From: an uncultured Bacteroidota bacterium
GTDB lineage: Bacteria; Bacteroidota; Bacteroidia; Bacteroidales; 4484-276
Length of the DNA: 64,000 nt
NCBI GenBank assembly: GCA_937950125.1
Contig: CALFEP010000306.1
Span: 168-64,167 of the forward strand
Direction of reading: 5' to 3'
The notes below the pieces were generated by a model. That model was given only the letters and a program-made list of their open reading frames with translations. It was not told where the DNA came from and did not search any database. Positions 29,819 through 37,722 of this stretch are shown here, piece by piece; the first letter of the stretch is position 1, and each line of letters begins with the position of its first letter. Made by a program: the position numbers and the translations under genes.

Positions 29819-31252
29819 CTATAACCTGATTTTTTTCTCAAGCTCATCAACGTATGCTTTGAACTCCTTGTCGGTATCAATCAGGTTCAACACTGTTTTG
29901 CAGGCATGCAGCACAGTTGCGTGGTCTTTGTTGCCACATTGCAATCCAATGGTTGTTAAAGATGCTTTGGTATGATTTTTTGCAAAATACATAGTCAATT
30001 GCCTGGCTTGTACAATGTTACGCTTTCTTGTTTTCGAAATCATGGCGTCAACCGACAAACCAAAGTATTCAGAAACTACTTTTTGAATGTAGTCGATTGA
30101 AATTTCTTTATTGACATTTTTAATAAAATTATCGACAATCTGTTTGGCCAAATCCAGGGTGATTTCCTTTTTGTTGAGTGAAGCCTGGGCAAGTACTGAT
30201 ATCATGGCTCCTTCAAGTTCCCTGATGTTGGAGGTTATGCTGTAGGCTAAATATTCGACCACATTTTCGGGCATTGTAATCCCGTCACTGTAAAGACGTT
30301 TTTGTAAAATAGCAATCCTGGTTTCAAAATCCGGCGACTGCAAATCGGCAGTTAACCCCCATTTAAACCGCGAAAGAAGCCTGGCTTCCATTCCTTCGAT
30401 ATCAACCGGTGGTTTGTCAGATGTAATAACTAACTGTTTTGATCTCTGATGTAACTGGTTGAAAATATGGAAAAATACATCCTGGGTTTTTTCCTTTCCG
30501 GCAAGAAAATGAATATCGTCGATGATTAGGACATCAATGAGCTGGTAAAAATTGGTAAAATCATTCTGACTGTTGTTTCTAACCGATTCGATGTATTGTG
30601 CAATAAACTGATCGGTAGTAACGTAAAGTACCGTTTTATCCGGAAAATTGTTTTTAACCTCAAGACCAATGGCATGCGCCAGATGTGATTTGCCCAAACC
30701 AACCTTACTGTAAACAAAAAGTGGGTTGAAGGCTGTTTTTCCAGGATTTTTTCCAATGGCCAATCCTGCCGAACGGGCCAACCTGTTGCAGTCACCCTCG
30801 ATAAAATTATCAAACGAATAACGCTCAACAAGTTGCGAATTTACTTTTACCTTTTGTATGCCGGGAATGATGAAAGGATCGGGAATAACTTTCGACATGG
30901 ATTTCATGTTGAAAGGCATCGAAACATCAGGGTTTTGAATTGCTGCACGGTTGGAAGTGGGAACCAGTATGGAAAAACCATCCTGCCGGTTGTAAGGATT
31001 TTCCATAACAATGCTGTATTCGAGCCTTCCTGCAGGTCCAAGCTCCTTTTTTATGGTTTTTCGAAGCAGCCCAATGTAATGTTCTTCAAGCCATTCGTAA
31101 AAAAACTGACTTGGAACCTGAATTGTCAATACATGGTCGTCCAGTTTTACCGGTTTAATTGGTTCAAACCATGTAATATAGCTCTGCAGATTGATATTGT
31201 CTTTGATGACTTTCAGACAGTTATCCCATACAATTTTGGCGAGTTCTTCCAT
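29819..31252 (-). CDS. dnaA: Chromosomal replication initiator DnaA
   Basis: WFEPIKP, YSFDNFI, GLGKSHL, IIDDIHF, RLLSRF, NIRELEGA, ARQLTMY, KDHATVLHA. Likely start is ATG 31252 (track: 31357). Confidence 0.97.
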   Translation of the reverse strand: MEELAKIVWDNCLKVIKDNINLQSYITWFEPIKPVKLDDHVLTIQVPSQFFYEWLEEHYIGLLRKTIKKELGPAGRLEYSIVMENPYNRQDGFSILVPTSNRAAIQNPDVSMPFNMKSMSKVIPDPFIIPGIQKVKVNSQLVERYSFDNFIEGDCNRLARSAGLAIGKNPGKTAFNPLFVYSKVGLGKSHLAHAIGLEVKNNFPDKTVLYVTTDQFIAQYIESVRNNSQNDFTNFYQLIDVLIIDDIHFLAGKEKTQDVFFHIFNQLHQRSKQLVITSDKPPVDIEGMEARLLSRFKWGLTADLQSPDFETRIAILQKRLYSDGITMPENVVEYLAYSITSNIRELEGAMISVLAQASLNKKEITLDLAKQIVDNFIKNVNKEISIDYIQKVVSEYFGLSVDAMISKTRKRNIVQARQLTMYFAKNHTKASLTTIGLQCGNKDHATVLHACKTVLNLIDTDKEFKAYVDELEKKIRL

Positions 31253-31489
31253 GTTTTGATTACCCCGTTCTGATTCAAGAATATTCTCTTGTTTAATTAA
31301 GTTTCGAGAAAATTGAGTTGACAAATCCCTAATTGATTGCTCCCAATTTTTCAACAAAATTCAGTCAAAAAAAGTGAAAAAAAAATTTGTTTTTCTGTTG
31401 GTTTTCTTAAAAAAAAGACTATTGATAAAAGTTGCATTTTTCTTCACCTACTCAATCAATTGCTTTTATGCTAATAATTTACCAAGAAG

Positions 31490-31587
31490 TAATTAATTAA
31501 TTTAAATATTTTGCTTATCAAACTTGTTAAGTTTTTTCCTGAGCTACTATGAAAAGTTATTTACATACCCTGAAAAAATGTTGATAA
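31490..31587. promoter_or_regulatory. AT-only tract and DnaA-box-like sites upstream of dnaA
   Basis: 23-nt A/T-only run at 31490-31512. TTATTTACA at 31557-31565 (2 mismatches to TTATCCACA) and TGTTGATAA at 31579-31587 (1 mismatch). Confidence 0.35.
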
Positions 31588-31734
31588 CTACTCCTGATTA
31601 AATGAAAAAAGGGGGCTAAAAGTACATAAATTCGATTCGGAAAGCAGATCGTTGAAAAAAAAAATTGATAAAGAATCTTAAAATAATTGCCTTAAGCTAC
31701 CATTCGTTTTGTTTCAGATTCAAGTCATTATAAA

Positions 31735-32784
31735 TCAGTTGATTTCGATGATTTTTAAAACTGAAGGCTCAATTTTAAGCCAGATTTCATTTTTTAATGA
31801 AATCTGATTTTTTAACAGAAGTTCGGAATTGGGCTGAATGTAAAGTTTAACACCAAAATCAGCTTCCAAAACAAATCCATTTCTGTTGTGTGTAATGTCA
31901 GTGATTGATGCTTTAAAAGTGTTAACAGCTTTATTTTCAATGGGTAATTCACTAATTTCAATTTTTTCTTCAGGAATTATCAAAGCCAATTTTTCAGATT
32001 TGAATTTCGAAGTTCCAATCGTAATTAACACCTTATTATCAATCATTACCTGCCCGATATGAAGGTTTTCGGCGTAAAAGAAATTCCTGTAACCACAAAA
32101 TCTTGCTGTAAACTCGTGGGTTGGATGGTGAAACACCTTATCTGTCGTGCCTTGTTCTATCAGTTTTCCTGAATTCATTATTCCAACTTTTGTAGCCAGG
32201 GATATTGCCTCATCAAAATCATGTGTAACATGAATAATTGTTTGCCCTTTTCGGTTCAGGTTGCGGAGAAGGGTTTTTAATTGATCTTTTCCTGCAGCAT
32301 CAACAGAAGAGAGAGGTTCATCAAGCAGAAGTATCTGTGGTTTGGAGGCCAGGGTTCTGGCTAAAACGACCCGCTGTAACTCACCACCTGAAAGTGTTGA
32401 TGGCTTGCGGTGCATCAGGTGTCTGATTCCTAAATTGTCAGCCACCTGCTGAAGTTCATTTTCAATTCTTTGTTTATCAAGTGTATTAATTCTCAGGGCA
32501 AACAGGATATTTTTCCTGACCGAAAGGTGTGGAAATGCTGTATTATCCTGAAAAACCAGCCCGATACTCCGCTTCCCGGAAGGAATCCTGGAAATATCCC
32601 GGCCATTCAACAAAATCGTTCCTTTCGACGGGCCGATCAATCCGGCAATTGTTTCAAGCAGAATGGTTTTTCCGGCTCCCGACGGGCCTGCTACAACAAA
32701 ATAGTCACCTTTTTCAACAGTAAGACTGACGGATGAAATTTTAAAATCGCCAGCCTGAATGTGTATGTCCTTCAATTCAAGCAT
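31735..32784 (-). CDS. wtpC: Tungstate/molybdate ABC transporter ATP-binding subunit
   Basis: GPSGAGKT, LSGGELQRV, LLLDEP, HVTHD, TOBE-like C-terminus; in an operon with wtpA and wtpB. Confidence 0.8.
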   Translation of the reverse strand: MLELKDIHIQAGDFKISSVSLTVEKGDYFVVAGPSGAGKTILLETIAGLIGPSKGTILLNGRDISRIPSGKRSIGLVFQDNTAFPHLSVRKNILFALRINTLDKQRIENELQQVADNLGIRHLMHRKPSTLSGGELQRVVLARTLASKPQILLLDEPLSSVDAAGKDQLKTLLRNLNRKGQTIIHVTHDFDEAISLATKVGIMNSGKLIEQGTTDKVFHHPTHEFTARFCGYRNFFYAENLHIGQVMIDNKVLITIGTSKFKSEKLALIIPEEKIEISELPIENKAVNTFKASITDITHNRNGFVLEADFGVKLYIQPNSELLLKNQISLKNEIWLKIEPSVLKIIEIN

Positions 32785-33580
32785 GTTGGCTTTTATCCTT
32801 GGTGAAAGACCTAAGCAAAATAAAAAACATTAAACAAACGCCAATGAACAGGACGGCAACAGGTTTTGCATAATTTAAACCAAATGCACCAAATCGTTCA
32901 AATATCAAAACTGGTGTGACCATAGGATGGTAAGCAACAATAATGACGGCGCCAAACTCACTCATTCCTCGGGCAAACATCATGATTAATCCCGAAACAA
33001 TATTTTTCCAGGCAAGTGGAAGGCTGATGCAAAAGAAAACCCGGATTGATGAAGCACCCAGGTTTTGAGCGGCTTGTTCGAGCCTTACAGGGACATCGCT
33101 GAAACCATCACGGGCTGCATTGATCAGGAAGGGCAGGCTAACAAATGCCATGGCTACCATAATACCTGCAGGACTTCCCACCATTTCGATACCCAGACTG
33201 CCAGCTGTTTTTCCAACAATTGTTTCTCTTGAAATAACACTCAAAACTGCAATTCCGGCGGCTGAATGAGGTATTACTATAGGTAAATCGATGATTCCCG
33301 AAACCATCCGCTTAAACCTGAAGTTGCGACGGGCTAACAAATAGGCAAGTGGAATGGCTCCCAAACTCAGGATTAAGGTTGCCAGCATCGAAGTCCAAAG
33401 CGTAAGCCAGATGCTTGATGTGACTTCTTTATCGCTGGCAGTTTCAGCAATCGATACCGGAGATGTGTGAATGATTAATCCCAAAAGTGGGGCAATGATA
33501 AAAAGCAGGGCAAGGCCTGCCAGAAAAGTCAGCAGTAACCTGAAAAAGTTTATTTTGAAGCCAATTGTGCTCTGGGTCAT
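32777..33580 (-). CDS. wtpB: Tungstate/molybdate ABC transporter permease
   Basis: IDLPIVIPHSAAGIA, EQAAQNLGAS, FARGMSEFGA, AYHP. Confidence 0.85.
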   Translation of the reverse strand: MTQSTIGFKINFFRLLLTFLAGLALLFIIAPLLGLIIHTSPVSIAETASDKEVTSSIWLTLWTSMLATLILSLGAIPLAYLLARRNFRFKRMVSGIIDLPIVIPHSAAGIAVLSVISRETIVGKTAGSLGIEMVGSPAGIMVAMAFVSLPFLINAARDGFSDVPVRLEQAAQNLGASSIRVFFCISLPLAWKNIVSGLIMMFARGMSEFGAVIIVAYHPMVTPVLIFERFGAFGLNYAKPVAVLFIGVCLMFFILLRSFTKDKSQHA

Positions 33581-33583
33581 TTT

Positions 33584-34675
33584 TTATTCGTTTTCCAGAA
33601 AGACCATTGACACCGATTTTATAGCCCGGTCAGAAAAGAAATCGCCAGCCGGGAACAACCTGAATGCGCCACCATCCTGGTTTTCCGGATCGTAAATCAT
33701 CAACAATTCGGCCTGGTCGTTCCTGTTAAAAATTTCTGACCAGGTGAACACAGCCCTGTAGCCATCAATCGCACCAACGACCAGATAAGATCGCTGAATG
33801 TTGGCCGCTGAGTTTTCGAACAATCCATTTAATAGATTTTTAATCATAAATCCTGTAAAGGGTGTTGTGCTGTGAATGCCTCTTCCACGTCCATAAAATG
33901 TTGTTTCGTAAGTTATTAACGGTAGGTTTTGGGGCTGTTTGGCAAGGGTCAGTTTTATCACATCATCCTCCACAAAATCCACCTTTGGAGCAAACATGGG
34001 TTGCATACCTTTGTTGATTTTCAGGTTGCAAACTGCTGATTTTACGGTAATTTTTACCGGCTTCTCAATATTTCGTGATGTCAACAGGTCGGTGCCTACT
34101 ACCACTTTACTGTTTTCGGGAATTGGCCATAACTCATGCGTTTTCGATGGAACTATTCGCATCACACTTTTTGCAAGGATAATTTCGTGCAAATGATTCG
34201 GGTAATAAATTTCACCCCAACTAATCACACATTTTTCACCAGCTTCATTCTCAATCACCACATACATGTCGATGATTGGTTGAAAATCTTCCTGATTTTT
34301 CTTGTCCAACACACATCCGTTTAAAATATCCAATAGCGAGTAACCATCATACCTGTAGGCTCCTACAAATTTGTTTTGGGGTTCACCAGGAAGCGTTTCT
34401 TTTACAATTATTGTGTGAATGGGCAACCTTGAAAGGTCAACTGTGCCCGGATTCTGAACCTCGCCTGCAATTTCAAGCTGCGTCATTTTTAGCGAAAATG
34501 TCTCCTCATTGTCATAGAAATTATTTGTCCGGTCAACCGAATCTGCAATGATGCTTTGTGGGAGCGGCATTACAGCCTTGTTCGACTGTTGATTTTGACA
34601 GGAAAAAAGGACAATTGTTAAAACAAAAAGTACAATTCTCATCATTAGCAATTTTTTTTCGTTATGAGTTTTCAT
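33584..34675 (-). CDS. Uncharacterised lipoprotein with two Mo-pterin-oxidoreductase-like (Oxidored_molyb-type) repeats
   Basis: Lipobox LFSC (start could be 34675 or 34645). Repeat 1: YDGYSLLDIL...YVVIENEAGEKCVISWGEI. Repeat 2: FTGFMIKNLL...YLVVGAIDGYRAVFTWSEI. Confidence 0.7.
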   Translation of the reverse strand: MKTHNEKKLLMMRIVLFVLTIVLFSCQNQQSNKAVMPLPQSIIADSVDRTNNFYDNEETFSLKMTQLEIAGEVQNPGTVDLSRLPIHTIIVKETLPGEPQNKFVGAYRYDGYSLLDILNGCVLDKKNQEDFQPIIDMYVVIENEAGEKCVISWGEIYYPNHLHEIILAKSVMRIVPSKTHELWPIPENSKVVVGTDLLTSRNIEKPVKITVKSAVCNLKINKGMQPMFAPKVDFVEDDVIKLTLAKQPQNLPLITYETTFYGRGRGIHSTTPFTGFMIKNLLNGLFENSAANIQRSYLVVGAIDGYRAVFTWSEIFNRNDQAELLMIYDPENQDGGAFRLFPAGDFFSDRAIKSVSMVFLENE

Positions 34676-34745
34676 GCATATCCATTGCAAAGAAAAATAA
34701 ATTCTTTGTCGAAATTTTTCTAAAAGCTAAATCTTTGCTTAAAAA

Positions 34746-35729
34746 TCAGGGTTTAGCGTATTTTTGAAGGGCTTTCGGCATTTTTTCAAACCCCGTTGCT
34801 TTTTCAGGAATTATGGATGGCTGCCCGTTTAACTCCAAAATTCTCATTCCTTTATTTTCATTCAGTAAAAAATCGCAGAATTGGATAGCCAAATTGTAGT
34901 TTTCTGATTTATCAGGTATTGTAAGCCCATAAATCATGGGTTCACCATTGTGAATGATTTTTTCACCGGGCTGCTTCCCGTTAATTTCAACCTGTTCAGA
35001 GTGGTACCAAGCGGCTAAAGCGGGATTTCCGAGATTGAGTGAATCGGGAAGCGTTATGAAATTCAACTTGTGCTGAATAGCAACCGACTTGTAAATGAAA
35101 ATGTAATCAATGGTTTGTGTTTCGAGAAGGGCTATCAGGTCAACCTCCTTTGGGCGGATAAATCTTTGATCTTTATTAAGCATTAAGCCTGCAAAATCCT
35201 CATCCTGAAACATTTTTCCAGCCAGTTTTAGCGAAATCGCTGTACGGTAACCACAAGGGTCTGAATTTGGATCAGACCTTCCGTAATACACATCCTCCAG
35301 AAGCAGAATCTGTGGCCAGTTTTTGTTGTTAATTTCCTGCGAATACCTTGATTTATCGGTAAATATAATAGCCATTTCGTTACTGGCAAATTTCATATTC
35401 CACGAGGCATATTCAGGGATCAGAAAACTGTCGATTACCATGTAATCGGCTGACAGAAAAACATCGCAACCTCTTTTCAGATCGGTTATTTTACGGGCAG
35501 AGGCAACACTTCCGGCAGCTTCAGGTTTCAATACTACTTCGGGATGGAGAATCCGGAATGAATCGCATATTTGTTTCACGGGCAACGAAAGACTCCCCGC
35601 GTGAAAAATAATCAGTTCATCGTTTTTTATTCTGTTTGAATCCGATGGCCGGTTACAATCTAAAGCACTGAAAGTGAAAGTAAAAAATATCAGGTGAAGG
35701 AGCGTTGCAGAAATTTTTCGGTTTTTCAT
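34746..35729 (-). CDS. wtpA: WtpA-type tungstate/molybdate-binding protein
   Basis: HAGSLS, EAAGSV, DVFLSADY, SDPNSDPCGYR, RPKEVDL, YKSVA. These match the WtpA/archaeal ModA class with Asp and Glu oxyanion ligands. Confidence 0.85.
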   Translation of the reverse strand: MKNRKISATLLHLIFFTFTFSALDCNRPSDSNRIKNDELIIFHAGSLSLPVKQICDSFRILHPEVVLKPEAAGSVASARKITDLKRGCDVFLSADYMVIDSFLIPEYASWNMKFASNEMAIIFTDKSRYSQEINNKNWPQILLLEDVYYGRSDPNSDPCGYRTAISLKLAGKMFQDEDFAGLMLNKDQRFIRPKEVDLIALLETQTIDYIFIYKSVAIQHKLNFITLPDSLNLGNPALAAWYHSEQVEINGKQPGEKIIHNGEPMIYGLTIPDKSENYNLAIQFCDFLLNENKGMRILELNGQPSIIPEKATGFEKMPKALQKYAKP

Positions 35730-35739
35730 TGAAGGGTGG

Positions 35740-37029
35740 CTAACGCAAAATTGTCAATGATCCCCGGTAAACATCAGTGCCAAAGTAGCCTTTGGCTTTA
35801 ATCACATAAAAATAAACACCCTCTTTCAGGTTGTCACCATCCCAGTCGCCCTGATAGTTGTTTTGTGCAAATACCCTTTTCCCGTAGCGGTTAAAAATCA
35901 CGGTTTCGTTGCTGATGTAATATTCGAGTTCATTTATTTTAAAGGTATCGTTTGATCCGTCACCATTGGGTGTAAAAACGTTTGGTATTTCTATTTTTGC
36001 TTCCTTAATATCCACTTTTTTCATCACTGAATCAATACATTCGTCGCTGGTAGTGTATTTTAGCCAAACTTCATATTCCCTAACCATGGTGAAAACTTTT
36101 TTTGGCGTTTCTTCGGTGGAGTAGGTGCTGTCGCCAAAATTCCAGTTCCAGTCGATCACCTGAATCGAGTCAATCGATTGGTTTTCAAACGAAAAAGTAA
36201 CAACCGGATTTTGTATGTAAATGGCAGTATCAGGATCGGTAATGATCTCAACTGTAGGCATATCAAATACTTCCACCGGAATTATTGTATCACGAATACA
36301 GCTGTATTGGTCAGTTGCCTGAAATTTGTAATCCTCTTCGCAAAGTCCGAATGCAATCGAATCGTACTGGTAAGGGCTGGTGTACCAGCGATATGAATAG
36401 GGTGGGAGGCCACCACCAACAATTACCTCCAATTGACCTTTGCAGGTCCCAGGGCAGCCCATGTTAATCTGGGTAACTTCATCGAAACGCATTCTCGGAA
36501 AAAGCCAGATCTGCACGCTGTCTTTGCACTGTATAATGTTGTTGCTATCCGACATCACAACATAAACCCAGCTGGTGTCTTTTTCAGGAATTACCTCAAC
36601 ACAAGTTTGGTTTGTGTTGTCAAATTCAGCATCCGGGTCGTCCGAAAACCAGTTGTACATGAGTTGAAGCGTGTCGGGAATCACGCACAATTCAACCGAA
36701 TATGTGTAGCAGGTGTAAATGGTGTCAGGTTGTTCTATCTGTGCATTGAAGAAAAACACCCAGGTAGAATCTCTCACAACACCCATTGTATCGTTAACAC
36801 AATCAACAAAATAATAACCGGTATCGTGCACGAAAATTACCTGCGATTGCTCATTGGTACTCCACAAATAACTCAGAAATCCTTCTCCGGCATCCAGCCT
36901 GACGCTATCAGCACGACAGGCCAGTGTGGTGTCGGGCAACAAGGGCTGCTGCGATTTTACATCATTAAATAATACCGCCACGAAAATCAGCATTAGCAAT
37001 GAGTGAATGAAAAATTTGCTCTTCAACAT
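35740..37029 (-). CDS. T9SS type B (gliding-motility/CHU C-terminal) protein with PKD-like domain
   Basis: WNWNFGD, then EIPNVFTPNGDGSNDTF...IFNRYGKRV...WDG...GVYFYVI. Likely start is ATG 37029. Confidence 0.88.
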   Translation of the reverse strand: MLKSKFFIHSLLMLIFVAVLFNDVKSQQPLLPDTTLACRADSVRLDAGEGFLSYLWSTNEQSQVIFVHDTGYYFVDCVNDTMGVVRDSTWVFFFNAQIEQPDTIYTCYTYSVELCVIPDTLQLMYNWFSDDPDAEFDNTNQTCVEVIPEKDTSWVYVVMSDSNNIIQCKDSVQIWLFPRMRFDEVTQINMGCPGTCKGQLEVIVGGGLPPYSYRWYTSPYQYDSIAFGLCEEDYKFQATDQYSCIRDTIIPVEVFDMPTVEIITDPDTAIYIQNPVVTFSFENQSIDSIQVIDWNWNFGDSTYSTEETPKKVFTMVREYEVWLKYTTSDECIDSVMKKVDIKEAKIEIPNVFTPNGDGSNDTFKINELEYYISNETVIFNRYGKRVFAQNNYQGDWDGDNLKEGVYFYVIKAKGYFGTDVYRGSLTILR

Positions 37030-37094
37030 CCGGTAGGTTAATATCATTAAATAAAGGTGTGTAATCTGTTTTTCACAAAACTTAGCTCCGTTTA

Positions 37095-37463
37095 CTAAAA
37101 AATTCCGTACTCCAACATGACAAGGGTACAATTTCTCACTACTTCAATTCCTTTGTCGGCCGCCATTTGCTCAAACTCATCATTTTCGGTTCCCGGATTG
37201 AAAATAATCCGTTTTGGATTGAGCCTATCAAGGATGTAATCGAAATACTGAGATTGGTTTTGAGGACTTACATAAATCGTTACAGTGTGCACGTCTTCAA
37301 TCATTGGAAAGCCGGTTTTGATTTCAATATTTCCGATTCGATCGCTGCGCAAACCAATGGCCTCTACAGGAAATCCATTGCTTTTCAACTCCTTAACCGC
37401 TGTATTTGAATACCTTGCGGGATTAGGACTGGCGCCGATCACAACTGTTTTTTTGCTTTCCAA
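37095..37463 (-). CDS. CoA-binding domain protein (YccU-like)
   Basis: VIGASPNPARYS, VHTVTIYV, IFNPGTEN, CTLVML. Confidence 0.9.
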   Translation of the reverse strand: MESKKTVVIGASPNPARYSNTAVKELKSNGFPVEAIGLRSDRIGNIEIKTGFPMIEDVHTVTIYVSPQNQSQYFDYILDRLNPKRIIFNPGTENDEFEQMAADKGIEVVRNCTLVMLEYGIF

Positions 37464-37662
37464 CTTTTTAGAATTAAATATTTTGAAAATGCAAAGGTGT
37501 GAATTTTATTGCCTTTTCAGGAAAATATTTCAGTGGCAGCTCCTTTAATTAAAGGTTCAAAATGAAATGAAAACCAGGTTACAAAAAACCACAAAAGACA
37601 AAAAGTCATAATAAAGTGTTGTTTTTCTGTCATAATTTCGTGAATTTCAACAACATTGCTCA

Positions 37663-37677
37663 TGGCAAAGGAATTGA
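37663..37677 (+). promoter_or_regulatory. Sigma-54-like -24/-12 element upstream of clpB
   Basis: TGGCAAAGGAATTGA has the spacing of TGGCAC-N5-TTGC but reads TTGA at -12. It lies 45 nt before ATG 37723. Confidence 0.4.
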
Positions 37678-37722
37678 TTGGCTGGAGGAATCATAAAAAC
37701 AACCAGAAAGGAGAAACCAAAA

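Noticed and set aside
35730-35739. ModE box or Moco/Tuco riboswitch ahead of wtpA
   Set aside because: Only 10 nt separate wtpA from the upstream gene, and I saw no ModE-like palindrome nearby.
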